From: the human T2T-CHM13v2.0 reference genome, Homo sapiens
Reading direction: 5' to 3' (one strand)
Length of the DNA stretch: 64,000 bases
NCBI RefSeq assembly: GCF_009914755.1
Contig: NC_060947.1
Shown piece by piece: positions 44,512-60,545 of the stretch. A model generated the notes under the pieces. That model saw only the letters and a program-made list of their open reading frames with translations. It was not told where the DNA came from and ran no database searches. The position numbers and the translations under genes were made by a program. Each line of letters starts with the position of its first letter. The first letter of the stretch is position 1.

Positions 44512-44755
44512 AAAGTAGCTGGGCGTGGTAGCCTGCACCTGTAGTCCCAGCTACTTGGGTGGCTGAGGTGAGAGGATGGTTTGAGCTCAGGAGTTGGAGG
44601 CTGCAGTGAGCCATGATTGATGCCACTGCACTCCAGCCTGAACGACAGAGCATGACCGTGTCTCAAAAATGGATAGATAGATAGATAGGTAGATATATAG
44701 ATAGATAGATAGATTTGTTGAATGAATGAATGTGTGAACTGTTTATATATATATA

Positions 44756-44790
<35 letters not shown>
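44140..44790. mobile_element. FLAM (-, 44140-44285) and AluJ (+, 44375-44670) with (TAAA)n, (GATA)n and (TG)n microsatellites
   Basis: Alu motifs and simple repeats. Confidence 0.85.
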
Positions 44791-46337
44791 AATGATCAGA
44801 GGCATACCCAGATGTGTGGGGCTTCCAAGCAAATATCTCCAAAAAGAACTTCTTTCCTTTTATTAACTTGAAATAAAAGACTTTAGATTTCTGTTATCCA
44901 GGACTACTTGGACTCAGAGAGAAGGAGGAGAAAGGTTTTAGCATTTTCCCCATAGACAAAACCTAAACTTCTTGGTCCCCTATGGGTAGATAGAGAGGTT
45001 TAATTATATTAAATAAAATTAAATAATAGTGGTAAGAAGTGAGTGTTAACTCTAAGTGCAGTGTATTCCAGAGTCTTAAAGCAGGTCTTTTATCCATCAT
45101 TAGTTGGATTTTAGGTCAGTGTATTTTTGCATATCTGGAGGATGACTTGAATGTGGCCAGAGAGGATGACAAACACTGGAGGGCTAGAAATGTTACTCTG
45201 GAATGGGGAAAAGTGATGTGAAAAAAACCTTGGATACAACCATGGGAAGAACAGTGCATAGTAAGAAAAATGAGGAAGGGGCCAAGTGAGAAAAGTTGGA
45301 GGCTAGTTTAGAGATTCCGCTGAGTAGAAGACCAGGAGAATATATTCAGTATTCAAGAGGCTAAGGACATAATTTTGAATCCAGAGTACATTCCAGATCA
45401 AAGGCAATGCTCTTCCTTAAAAATACAGGTGGGAGGGAAGGAGAAAACATGAAAGACAAAGAGAATGAAGAGATAGATGATGAGACAAGCAAAAAATGCT
45501 AAAACTAGTGAGGAAGAATTGAAGACCCCACAGAATAAGGCTAAAGTAATGAGTTTAGGCACTATACTGGAAAATCGGATAAGACTTATTGAAATTTGAT
45601 CAATCAATTTAAAAACGATACTGGTCCTTACTATGTACCAGTCATTGTACCAGGTTCTTTTTCTATTATATCTTATTTAATCTTCAAATAACTATTTATT
45701 TGAAGTTAATAATAAATAGTAACTTATTTATTATATCTTATTTAATCTTATTTAATCTTCAAATATCTATTTAAATAAAAATGTTTATCTCCATTTTCCA
45801 GATTTCAAAAATGTGGCTCATATACATCATATTCAAGATCACACACATAGTGGGAAATTGAGAAAGAATTCCAACTCAGAAATAATTTAAGGGGTTCCTG
45901 ACAGACTTGAATCCCACATCTATTCCACTTAATGAATGGAGCTTGCCTCAGAAGGGTTCAAATAACTATGCATCTCTATATTTACTGCTATATAGTTTCT
46001 TTGTTACTCTCTGAGATTTGATGACACTGGAATATAGTAATTTTGTAATAAATAAAGGCAACTGAAATCCTAAAGAGAATGGAGGTCAGAAGGGAAATTA
46101 CATTGCTCAGAAAGCATATTTCCCCTTTCCTGAAGGTGTGACAACAGAAAAATACATGCCTTGACTCCCTCCACCACCTCTCAACCCCCATATCCCTCAA
46201 TTCCCTAATTCTAGGAACTAGTTTTATGTAGTCACCTCTTACAGGTGTGCCCTCACTTCATGCGCCAACCCAATCCAGACTCTAAATGGGGGAGGGGAAA
46301 GGCAAAGCAACTTGGTGGCTATTCATATCACTCAGTT

Positions 46338-46385
46338 CACATCACATCACATCACATCACATCACATCACATCACATCACATCAC
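46338..46385. repeat. (CACAT)n pentanucleotide microsatellite, ~9 units
   Basis: Directly visible. Confidence 0.95.
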
Positions 46386-46981
46386 TCAGACTGAGACATT
46401 TTGTTCCACTTTTGATGTAGATCCTGTCAATAACTTGTGCTCCTTCTGACTTTAACAGCTCTTCAACTGATTTCCTGCTTTCTCCCTCCCTTCTCCCTCC
46501 CGCTACTTCAACTCATTTCAGGGGCTGTATTACTTGGCCTTAAACTCTACACTTGTCAACACTGACTCACTGGTTCCTGGTGCCACTCCTTCCAGATGCT
46601 GACCACTACTAGCACTTCCTCCAATTCTATTATTAACAATAATAAAACTGATGAAGCACTGTTAAATTTGTTCTTTTACCTGGACCTTACAATCATGTAT
46701 ACTTGGGTGCATGTATATCTTTTTTTAAATTGTTGTTGGGACCTTACACGTCATGAACGTAGCTAACTCATTAAGCCTAATCAGATACGTAAAAGAAAAA
46801 GTTAATGATCACAGTCTAAAAATAAAATCTGAATTCTAGAAAGTCTTAATTTGCAATACAGAGCATTGAGGTCCACAGAAATGGCTTATTACAGAGGATT
46901 CTTTTCCCAAATTAAGAAAAACACTATATGATTCCTTGGCACAGAATTAGACCTTACAAAAAGAAACTCCTGGTACATGTA

Positions 46982-47645
46982 TTTTCTTTTTTCTTTTCTT
47001 TTTTCGAAACAGGGTCTCATTCTCTTGCCCAGGTTGGAGTGCAGTGGCCATCACTCCACCTCCAGAGCTCAAGTGATCCTCCCACCTCAGCCTCCTGAGT
47101 AGCTGGGACCACAGGTCCCAGGCACACCACCATGCCTGGCTAATTTTTAAAATTTTTGGTAGAGATGGGTTCTCCCTATGTTGCCCAGACTGGTCTCCAA
47201 CTCCCAGGCTCAAGTGATCCACCCACCTCAGCCTCCCAAAGGGCTGCCATTACCGGTGAGAGACATCACAATTACAGGTGAAAGCCACCACAATTACAAA
47301 TGAGTTCCTTATCCTCGTTTGAAGGATAAGGAACTTGAAGGATTGTGAGTCGTTCTCAGACACGAGGTTAGCAGAGCTCCTTTTTCCGATTAATAGACCA
47401 GTACTCTTAGACTTAAGCCCTGTTGTATTCTGACTATTCCTTTTCCTATTAACTGATACACTGTTTTTTGTTTTCTTTTGTTTTTTGTTGTTTCTTTTCT
47501 GAGACAGGGTCTCACTCTGTCGCCCAGGCTGGAGTGCAGTGGTGAGATCAGAGCTCAAAGCCTCGACTTCCCAGGCTCAAGCAATCTTCCTGCCTTGGCC
47601 TCCCAAAGTGCTGGGATTACAGGTGTGAGCCAACGCACCTGGCCC
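46982..47645 (-). mobile_element. Two antisense AluJ elements with internal deletions (46982-47290, 47465-47645)
   Basis: Alu motifs. Confidence 0.85.
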
Positions 47646-47719
47646 AGATCTATCTTTGAACTCAAGTCCTCACATGTTTGTGTTTTGTCCTTTGCCTCCA
47701 TGGGTGTTTCTCTTTCACC

Positions 47720-47912
47720 TAGAAATTCTCAAATTTTAGAGGGCACCCAAATCACCTGGGATACTTGTTAAAATGTGGATTCAGGGACCTCAACCCTGAG
47801 GGATCTGATTTAGTATGTCTGGAGGAGGGACTCAAGAATCTCCATTTTAACAAGTATCCATGTGATTCTGATGCAGGGAGTCCAAAGACCACCCTTTGAG
47901 AAATGCTATTTT
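47720..47912. mobile_element. MER5-type hAT-Charlie MITE
   Basis: TTCTCAAA...TTTGAGAA termini; ATCACCTGGG...CTTGTTAAAATG and CATTTTAACAAG...GTGATTCTGATGC internal symmetry. Confidence 0.85.
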
Positions 47913-48349
47913 AGCTAGTTTGAAACAAAGCTCCAGTCAAATAATTCTGAAAGTGAAAATGCTGGGGTATTATTCAATTTGAGTGTTGTGTTGCCTTGAG
48001 TTATAGGGCTCTTACACAATGTGAAATGAATAATGTGGAATGCTGTTCACTGCAATAAAATGTCAACATTTCAAGTATTTTTTCAAAAGACTTCTTAAGA
48101 GTTGCTCTTTCCACACACGGCCCTGTTTAAAAGGAATTACAGCTGCTCCTACTTTTATAGCTAGCACATCCAAATCTGCCTATAAAATATTTAAAATGAA
48201 CAAAGTACAATTACAGCTATATTTACAGTTGTGTGGAACAAATCCATTGCCTTCAAAATTATAAGTCTGGCTAAGTAAAACCAACCAAAAACTCTACTGA
48301 AAACAATGGAATTTTTAAGCACATAAGCAATGGAACAAATCACATGTGG

Positions 48350-49910
<1,561 letters not shown>

Positions 49911-51150
49911 AGAAAATGCAATAAAAGGTACTTCAAAAGTCCCTCTGAAAACATAACATAAAGAAGGAAAAGTTGTCAACTTAATTAATTTATAGTTTGC
50001 AAGTGACAGAGAACACTCACCACTTATTTCTGTAGCAGGCACTGGAATCCATTTATGGAATGCCAGTGACCTTATATTCTCAAGACAACTGCTTATCTGT
50101 CTCTCTAATTGGAAGAGGGGGATATGGAGAAAAGACAACAGTCTCTAGGAACAGATGTCTGAAGGGAGTTAAACCAAGTATCAGGGTAAAGTAAAAGGAA
50201 AATTTTACTAACAATCCTTAGTCTAACTATATTCTAATTTAGAACTCTTAGCCCAAAACATTTCTCCTTGTACAAACTGGTATACCAACTGATCAACATA
50301 ACTAACACCATTAATATTTGAGTGTTTTTTAAAAATATATAGGAAAGGCTTTCCTGCATGAATTTAAAATTGCAATCATATGAGTAATGTAATTTCTTCC
50401 TTAAAGGTTAGATGATTGGATAGGGGTTAATTTTGATAATGAAAAGACTGAAAAGGAATATGACACATGCTGGATTACTTCATCCACCCTACCAGAGACC
50501 AACTTTGTATGAGAAAATACTAAAGAATCTTAGTCAGGCCTCCATATTAATTTTGTATTGGTAATGCTTGATAGAGAGATCACGGGACATAGATAATTCC
50601 AGTACACTATGTTCCAGCTGAATACCCAACTAGAACCCAAATGTCTTCATATTAAAATCAGTATGGCAAATGGCCCCTTCTTGGTTGCTAGGCAAACAAA
50701 AACAAACTGGGGGTCGCTTCAGGGAATCTGGGAGGAAGGCAGAGCCAAGGTTTTCTCCCAGGTCCATGGGAGGTCATGACTTGAGCATTCCCAAACTGAA
50801 AGGGGGAAATTAGATTTGGTGAATTTCATTCTCCATATTAAAAGGATAGGTTCAAAATTGAGAGATTTCATAGGTTGATGCACTATATCTAACTGATCAA
50901 ATCTCTGCCCAGGACTAGATATGCCAGCTGACAACTGGGTAGCCACTATATACAATGTATATTGTAGCTGGATTAAGGCAATGAATGAAAGAACTAGCAA
51001 AGAGTTAGCTAAGAACACTTTAGCAAAGATGAGTCTATTTTATTTAAACCTATCCTTTGGAAGTTAGCAAAAGAAAGGAGAGACTAACAGCACACATGGA
51101 AAGGCAGGTATTGTAAGGATCTTGTGAAGTGTGGGGAGGAGGGTTACTCA

Positions 51151-52028
<878 letters not shown>

Positions 52029-52107
52029 TGTCATGAGACTCTTAGCTCTCTACAGTTATGTTTGGCCTCACCTGTGCAACTTTCTTAATGGGGAGAGAGA
52101 GATCTCT

Positions 52108-52569
52108 TGTAGCAGGACGAGCTGCAGACAAAACTCCTCAGACACCGAGTTAAAAAAGGAAGGGGTTTATTCGGCCGGGGGCATCCGCAAGACTCCTGTC
52201 TCAAGAGCAGAGCTCCCTGAGTGAGCAATTCCTGTCCCTTTTAAGGGCTTACAACTCTAAAGGGGTGCACATGAGAGGGTCGTGATCGATTGAGCAAGCA
52301 GGGGGTACGTGACTGGGGGCTGCATGCACTGGTAATTAGATCGGAACAAAACAGGATAGGGATTTTCGCAGTGCTTTTCTATACAATGTCTGTAATCTAT
52401 ACATAACATAACCAATTAGGTCAGGGGTCGATCTTTAACTACCAGGCCCAGGGTGTGGCGCCGGGCTGTCTGCTTGTGGATTTCATTTCTACCTTTTAGT
52501 TTTTACTTTTTCTTTTTTTGGAGGCAGAAATTGGGCATAAGACAATATGAGGGGTGGTCTCCTCCCTTA
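52108..52569 (-). mobile_element. 3' LTR2
   Basis: Minus strand TAAGGGAGGAGACCACCCC...GTCCTGCTACA; preceded by the purine tract AAAGTGGGTGAA. Confidence 0.95.
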
Positions 52570-52592
52570 TTCACCCACTTTGAGACTCTCAC

Positions 52593-54600
52593 TCAATAGT
52601 GGGAGTTCTCACTTTCATTTTTACTACCTATGTCTTCTTGCGAGACAGATTGATAGTGATTCATATAGTACACTTTTGCTGAAGCATTTTGGTGAACTAA
52701 GGTAGCGATGAAGCTTTTTACCATTTGAAGAAGTACAGGTAGCAAACAAGGGAGCAGTAAGCAGGTTCCTATTACTATTATAACTCTTATTATAAGAGTT
52801 TTAAATTCTCCTAGCGCTGGGAACCATTTTGAAAACATGGCCCCAGGATCAAATCCATGCCACACTTGCACGGGCACATGTGCCAGTTTTGTCATATCTT
52901 TAACTGTGTCTTCAACTACTTGCCCTTGATTATCTATGTGTAGGCAGCAATTAGTAAGGTTAAATTTCCTGCAGACCGCTCCTTCAGCTGCTAGCAAGTA
53001 GTTGAGAGCTAATCTATTTTGATAGATAGCATTTCTCATCTGAGTTTCTTGCCAGGCCAGAATAGTCAAGGCTTTGCTGGTTTTATTAGTGATTATTTTT
53101 AAGACAGCTTGTAACTGTATGATTCGGTTGATCATGTAAATGGGGGTCTGGTATCCCTACAAGCTGTCTTGTGCCTAAGTAGCAGGCCTATAATATTGTA
53201 TGATTTTCTCAGGGGGCCATTTATCATTTTTTTAAATTTCCTATAGCTATGCTTCTCTTTTCACGGGAAGCATAGACAGCGAAGCCCAGGAGTTCGTCTG
53301 TTTTTATGGGCAGTAGGACGAAAGATGGTTTAATAATGCCAATAACACTACTACCTGCCTACTGGTCAGGTAATTTGACGTAAGCTCTATGCCTACATAT
53401 CCAGTATAATCTAGTGGGGGCTGTCCAGTCCCGGTGGGACTCCGGGTGGGTCCACACGGTTTGCAACTTTGGGAATTTACTAAATGGATTTCTCTCTGTG
53501 TGATTTGAACTCCACGAAGTGACTGTTTTTGTGGTACCATTATACAGTTTCTGTCCTAGACAACTAAGTCGTCTTACGGGGTGAGTGAATTCTTTTCCTT
53601 CTCTAGCTATGCAATATTGTCTAATAATTGAGGCTTTTAGGAGCTAGAAATTATCGGGGTGATTCTTTTGAGCCGGGAATTCATCAGGAACTGGGTCCAT
53701 AGGTACTAATTCTAGGGCTTCCCATGGCCATTGATCTCCTATTACAGTTCCTCCACATACATAACATGAAGTGACATTGAGAGACTGGGCTACATGCTCG
53801 GCTAATTGCAAAAACAAATTTCTTGTTTTTCCGGTACTGGCACATTAGTTCATCATAGAAAGTTTGAAACACTGGCTCAGGAGAGCGTTTGTAAACTTCT
53901 CCTCAAACTAAGATATTTACTCGAGGATCCAGTCCGGTCCCGTCGATTCCTAAGGTCACACACTCCTCTTTTTTCTAGCAAGGATCAAGGGGATTGGTTG
54001 TTACTACCTCTAAGGGGTTACATTGTCCCTTAGTGCAGGAAGGGCCATTTTTTTCCTCTCTAAAGTGGACTGGATCCTTTTCATTTTTTTTTATCCAAGT
54101 GGCCTAAATGACACAAGATCAGTATTTACATTTATTTCCACACAGTCCTAATTTATGACAGAGGCACTTATTTTCTGCCGTATAGCCTCTTTTCTAATTA
54201 AGAAAACCACACCTTTTTCCTAACTCATTATTATTAATGACAGCACAGGCATCAAATTTTAAGGTGACTTGTTTGGGCACCTCTTTTTCTTCTTTTTTGG
54301 CTAACACTTTACTTGTATCATTTATGAGCCCTCACCAGTCCTCAGTCCATAATCTTGTTTTAAAAACTGTGGTCATGGGAGGCTCAGATGGGTCATAACA
54401 CACATCCGGTTGGTCATTTCCTGAGCTACATACCTTATATAGAGTAACGTTATACAAACAAGTTCTTTTTAGAGTTCCAGTACACTTATAATAACCATAA
54501 AATAATAGGACCATAACAACCTTTTGTCCTACCTCAGTGACTTGATGTGTACACTGGGAACAGTCCTCAGACTGAGGAAGGTCAGTTGAAGTCCTCATGG
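52593..54600 (-). pseudogene. HERV-E/ERV3-type env pseudogene; TM-subunit reading frame open at 52593-53135 (180 aa)
   Basis: Furin site REKR (~53254-53265), [27 protein letters not shown], hydrophobic anchor; SU is frameshifted and in-frame TAGs lie upstream of the TM ORF. Confidence 0.9.
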
Positions 54601-54779
54601 TACAAGTCCAAATTTTAAGGAAAATGAGTCCTGTGCTGAGTTTTCTCATGCTTCGGCCATGCGTGGACCAGTCAGCCTCCGGGTGTGACTGGAGCAGGGC
54701 TTGTCGTCTTCTTCAGAGTCACTTTGCAGGGGTTGGCGAATCTGCTCCCGTCCATGTACTGCTCACAGTCTACTGATGT

Positions 54780-55300
54780 TTAAGGATGGTCTCGGAAGTT
54801 GAGCCTGCTAGAATAAACTAAGCCTAACACCTCTACACAGTGATGTTCAACTGGGCTCTCTGATACCGGGAGCAAGATGGTGGGGTTTAGGGTGTTGCAA
54901 ACTTCAATGGTTATGAGGGGATTTTCACATAGCAAGCTTTGGTACTTGGTTAATCTAGCATTTGTTAACCAATGATGTCCTTTGGTAGTCATTAAAGTTA
55001 CCACAGCATGGGGGGCCTTTATATTCAGGTTTTGCCCAAGGGTTAGTTTATCTGCTTCTTGTGCTAACAGGACCATTGCTGCTAGGGCCCTTAGACATGG
55101 GGGCCAGCCTTCGGAAACCCCGTCTAGTTGTTTTGAGAGATAGGCCACTGGCCTTGGCCAGGGCCCCACAGTCTGGGTTAAAACTCCAGCTGCCATTTTT
55201 TCTCTTTCTGACACACAGAGTGTAAAGGGTTTTGTCAGGTCAGGTAGCCTCAGGGCTAGGGCCGACATGAGTTTTTCTTTTAACTCATGAAAGCTTGTTG
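54780..55300 (-). pseudogene. pol fragment (RT thumb/connection region)
   Basis: LRLPDLTKPFTL...RPVAYLSKQLD...GWPPCLRALAA...WLTNARLTKYQSLL, typical of gammaretroviral pol. Confidence 0.9.
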
Positions 55301-55719
55301 CTGTTGGTTGTAATAGATGTAGTTTATCTAATCTACATTTTTATTAACTGTCACCTACCAAAATACTGACTCAAATCCTGCAGCTATTTGATTTCAAGCT
55401 TTAAATTGATCTGGTATTCTTCGTGGGACTCCAATTACGTCTAAATAGACGTGAGAGTTGAAAGACCTATAAGGGCCTTCTCTCGCTTTACGATGTCTTA
55501 TTTTTTTCCTTCTGGTTGATGAAATGCCAGGGTGAAAGGGATAGCCAATTGGACTAAAGTACAAGTGCCACTCCAGTTATTTGGCAGAGTGCCCAGTAAA
55601 GGTCCACTCTTGAAAATTCTTAAGCTCACTGCATCCCTTCAGGTCTCCAAGGAATGCTAAGCTTCCTCCCTGTCGTGAGAGACACGAAGTGAGCTTAGTG
55701 TTGGGAGACGGAGGCTGCA

Positions 55720-56750
55720 TGGCCCTAGGGGGCTGACCCACAGGGTGCCGAACTTTGGGATATAGCAGAGAGAGCTTGGCACGACTTATTACTCCAGGCT
55801 GTAGAATCCTGGAAAAGAGCTACCATGCAGCCTATACCTGGTCGACTGGAGGACCACCTTAGTGGAAAGAGGACAAGCTGGGCCTCTGGCCTGCCATGTG
55901 CACAAGCATAACAACTGCTTTTGTTTAACATGCGGATGGAATATTTGATCCATTTTAACCAGGCATTTGCATCTTGGTATCCTGTCTTAATTGCTAAAGT
56001 TTGTTTTGTCTTTAACTTCTATGATCCTCTAGTAAAATGAATGTATGGTTTTAGGAAATTACAAAAACTGGTTGGGGCAGTCTATCCTTGCTCTTTAGTG
56101 GTCCACAGAACATTGGACCAACTATGGCATGAAAGCTGTACATTGGGGGGCAAGACTCCTGGTTGGAACTGGGGTCTTTATCGAAATCTCCCCGGGTTAA
56201 ATGGTCCTAGTTTACTAATGCCCAGTCTGAGGAGAGTCAGGAGGGACAGAAGTACTTTTCTAAAGTAGAAAGCTGTCTTTGACTTGGCAAGTCCCCACAG
56301 GGTATAACAAGGCAAGCATTAAATGCAATAGTTCGAGGTGAAATTGACTTGGTTATGTTAACAACTAGATGGTCAGCAATAGAATAAGGAAAGGAGAAAG
56401 AGTAATAGAATAGATTAAAAGACTTAAATTTTTCTTAGCTTTAGTTTGGTAGGGTTTTCCCCTGGGACTATGGCCCACGATTCTGGAGGGGGTGGCGCTT
56501 TCTTGACTCGGGTGTGATGAGTCTATCTTTTTTTTTTTTTTTTTTGCTGTACGAACAGCACTCTTGGTGGTTAGCAGCACAAGGTGGGGTCCTTCCCAGG
56601 CTGGCTCAAGTGTTTCTTCTTTCCACCCTTTGATGAGAACGTGATCTTGAGGCTGGTGCTGGTTTATTGGAAATTCTAGGGGTGGTACATGTGCTAAAAG
56701 ACTTTTAGTTTTTGAGAGAAAGTAAAGTGGAAGATAAATCAAGTACATAA
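55720..56750 (-). pseudogene. Second integrase C-terminus plus a second, different env SU fragment (HERV-I-like)
   Basis: LEPAWEGPHLVLLTT (GPY/F-type IN module) followed by SCYACAHGRPEAQ (CxxC SU motif). Confidence 0.75.
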
Positions 56751-56772
56751 TATTTAAGAAATTGACCTTTTG

Positions 56773-57043
<271 letters not shown>

Positions 57044-58399
57044 TTATAGTCCTTAGTGCTTTTTTACTGAGAAATTTCCTTTAGCACCTATTTTTCTTAG
57101 TTTTTAAACTAAAGAAAGCCAAATACCATTTTACATTTAACAATGCTTCTTGTATGATTTTTATACCAGATAAGCTAAATTTTATCTTCATATTACTGTG
57201 TTATTAATGTTAAACTTAATTTTAATAAAACCTTGTAGACATATTTATCTAATTTTTAATGTTTGACCATAAGGTAAGATTTTATAGACTTTTTTTAACC
57301 TTTTAAAATTTTTGCTAAAGAGCAAGTTGGTGCTTTAAGAAAAACCTGTTATGCTTTTACTTTAATGTCCAGTTCACAGAAAAACTGGATGATACTTCTT
57401 TAACTTTAGCTAATATGTTTACACACAGAATTTCCTTTACAATTAACGTTTTAAAACTTGCTTAAACCTTCAAAGCAATAATTTTTTCTAACTTTTTAAT
57501 GTAGGTAAAAATGTACATTCTTATGCCACCTTATAATCCTTTTACCAAAGGTATATTTTACTTTTCTTATACACCTTGCACATAAACTTTTTTTTTCAAT
57601 AGTTTTACATTCAGGATGCCTAGTTACTTTTAAATTATACAACATTTTTTCCAAAATTCTTTTTTATAACATTTTTCTCTTTCATGACTTTTGCAGACAA
57701 TTCTTCAACATGCCTTAGCTTTGTGACTTATTACAAATATTTCTTTCTTTAAACAACCAGTTTATTTCAGGACAAGAATTTACCATATAATACTCTTTTT
57801 ATATAAATTCCACCCCCCCTTTTTCCCCCCTTTCTTTTCTTCAGGATACTTCTGAACTGGTGAGGTGTGTTCACAATGAGGTTTCCTCTAAAAGTTATTT
57901 TTTTACCTTTTTTTGTTGTTAGCAAAGCAGTTGCTGCTACAGATTGAATGCATTTGGGCCATCCACGGGTTACTGGGTTAAAGATTTTTGATAGGAAGGC
58001 CTCAGTGTTTTTGGGATACGCCCTTGTTTACACTGACAAGAAAGTGGTATTGGAGTGTTATAGGGTTACGGAGAATACCTTCAATTATCAATTATAGGTA
58101 TTAAATTTACCTTGTCTTTTAAAGGAATAGGGTACACTTTTTTTTAACTACTTGAATATCTCTCTTTCTCTCTTTGACTTTGTCTCTCTCTTTGACTTTC
58201 CTTTTGCCTCTGTCTCTTCTTCTCTCTCTCTGCCTCTCTCTTTCTTTTTCTCTCTCTCTCTCTCCTTGACTCCCTCTTTGTCTCTTCCGCTCTGTCTCTT
58301 CCTCTCTCTCTTTGCCTCTTTTCCTCTCTGTGTCTTTCCTTTCTCTCTCTCTCTCTGCTGGTCTTTCCTTGCCTTTGCCAGCCGCTTATGCTGCTGTTC

Positions 58400-58696
58400 T
58401 CTCAACCACTGTGTGTTGGGGGTAGGGGGTCTAAAACCATCTGTAACCAAGTGTCTATGTATGGGAACTGGTCTGGGTTCCCTGGCTTACAGGTTACCTT
58501 GTGCCATACCTTTGAAACAAGGGACCTGTCCAGGCTTCCTTCTAATGGCCAACCTACCTCTAATGCTGGCCAGTCTATCTTACACAAAGTTTTAAGTTTT
58601 CCTAGTGTCATAGTACTCCATAGTCTCCTTTAAATTCTTTTTTGAAATTTTTCAACATAGTTCCTAGTAGGGTGGGCTTATTTGTGCCTGACCTAT
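58400..58696 (-). pseudogene. HERV-E-type gag matrix fragment
   Basis: TLCKIDWPALEVGWPLEGSLD...PDQFPYIDTWL; the presumed start codon reads ATA. Confidence 0.85.
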
Positions 58697-58804
58697 GCTT
58701 CTTCGAGACAAAACACCATGCTCACACCACATGCACACCACAAAACAAAGAACGGGTAAAAAAGAGCACACACACACTTTTGCAGTTTGCACCAAACCAA
58801 AATC

Positions 58805-59219
58805 AAAACCAAAATCAGAGTATCCAGAAATCCAAGCCAGGTCAAAACCAGAACCAAAGTATCATGCAATCCAAGTCAAGTCAAAAACAAAAACCGAAAT
58901 GCCGGTATAGGCACACCGTGGGTGATCAGGCCATGCTTCCACTTAAATGGAGTAGGCAAGTTCCCAAGACCAATCCTGTCAAGCAATTCAAACCAAGTCA
59001 AAACCAAAACCAAAATCAGAGTATCCAGAAATCCAAGCCAGGTCAAAACCAGAACCAAAGTATCATGCAATCCAAGTCAAGTCAAAAACAAAAACCGAAA
59101 TGCCGGTATAGGCACACCGTGGGTGATCAGGCCATGCTTCCACTCAAATGGAGTAGGCAAGTTCCCAAGACCAATCCTGTCAAGCAATTCAAACCAAGTC
59201 AAAACCAAAACCAAAATCA
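58805..59219. repeat. 201-bp tandem duplication in the proviral leader
   Basis: AAAATCA recurs at 58811, 59012 and 59213; the two units differ at one base (58944 T vs 59145 C). Confidence 0.97.
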
Positions 59220-59545
59220 AAGTGCCGATAAAGGCACGCCGTGGGTGATCAGGCCACGCTTCCACTCAAATGGAGTGGGCAAGTTTCAAAGACTAGTCTT
59301 ACCAAGTTTTAGATGTCCAGACTCCAAGTGCCTGTTCCTTCCTGGTGTTCAGCCACTGCATTGATCCTCCATGGGGGCCTGCCACACACTGCTCTGGTGA
59401 GGCATCCCACCGGGGCAAATGCCTACCCGGGAGCGCTCTCAGGATCCGGGTCGCTCGGGCTGGTCGGAGTCTCCAGCAGGGATGTTCCACAGGGCAGGCT
59501 TAAACCGCCTAAGGAGCTGCCTCGGCCATCCACCAATAACCTCGC

Positions 59546-59563
59546 TTCCCGGTCAGGGAACCA
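59546..59563 (-). promoter_or_regulatory. Primer-binding site complementary to tRNA-Glu
   Basis: Minus strand TGGTTCCCTGACCGGGAA, 5 nt after the 5' LTR. Confidence 0.92.
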
Positions 59564-59568
59564 AGACA

Positions 59569-60027
59569 TATAGCAGGACGAGCCGCAGACAAAACTCCTC
59601 AGACACCCAGTTAAAAAAGGAAGGGGTTTATTCGGCCGGGGGCATCCGCAAGACTCCTGTCTCAAGAGCAGAGCACCCCAAGTGAGCAATTCCTGTCCCT
59701 TTTAAGGGCTCACAACTCTAAGGGGCTGCGCGAGAAGTTCATGATTGATTGAGCAAGCAGGGGGTACGTGACTGGGGACTGCATGCACCGATAATTAGAT
59801 CGGAACAAAACAGGACAGGGATTTTCACAGTGCTTTTCTATACAATGTCTGTAATCTATAGATAACACAAGCGATTAGGTCAGGGTCGATCTTTAACTAC
59901 CAGGCCCAGGGTATGGCACCGGGCTGTCTACTTGTGGATTTCATTTCTGCCTTTTAGTTTTTACTTTTTCTTTTTTTGGAGGCAGAAATTGGGCATAAGA
60001 CAATATGAGGGGTGGTCTCCTCCCTTA
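59569..60027 (-). mobile_element. 5' LTR2
   Basis: Direct repeat of 52108-52569, roughly 30 differences by eye. Confidence 0.95.
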
Positions 60028-60279
60028 CTCTTTGGGAACTCAGATTGGCCTTATGGTGGCCTCTCTTTCCTTGAGGGGCACAACAGGTCCTGGATGGGGG
60101 GAAAAAAGATGTTATGAGAATGCAGACCTAGAAGCATTAGCTTTGCCTGGAAGGGTTAGAGAAATCATTTCCAAGGATATGCCATTTGATGTGGGACTTG
60201 AAGGATAGTTAGGTATCTGCTAGATTAAAAAGGAATGTGAGAGCAGGCCTCAGAGAGGAACAGAGGGTAAATCATGAGT

Positions 60280-60545
60280 TACTGTTTACCAGTAGTATGT
60301 GCCAGGCACTGTATTAGGTGGTTTATATGTTATATTTTATCCTTCACTCAATAACAATTTATTGAGCATGTGCTATATACCTAGCACTATGTTGAGGTGC
60401 CAATTGTCTGAATTTTCCCATGAAGATACCAAGGCACACAGAGATGAAGTGACTTTTCCAAAGCTACAGAGATAGTAAGAGATAAACACAGATTTAAACC
60501 AAATTCTGACTCTCTCCTAAACACACGTTTTCAATTCCACTCTCC
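60280..60545. mobile_element. MIR/L2 relics
   Basis: TATGTGCCAGGCACTGTATTAGG; CAGAGATGAAGTGACTTTTCCAAAG. Confidence 0.65.

Noticed and set aside
58152-58595. Hydrophobic and charged ORFs over the CT/AG-rich tract (also 61506-61823)
   Set aside because: Low-complexity simple-repeat translations.
58642-59364. 240-aa ORF with a 67-aa repeat
   Set aside because: Antisense to the ERV leader; its length is explained by the 201-bp duplication and A/C-rich composition; no recognisable domain.
59546-59563. tRNA 3'-end sequence with CCA (also 23659-23676)
   Set aside because: Only 18 nt, adjacent to LTRs: retroviral primer-binding sites, not tRNA genes.
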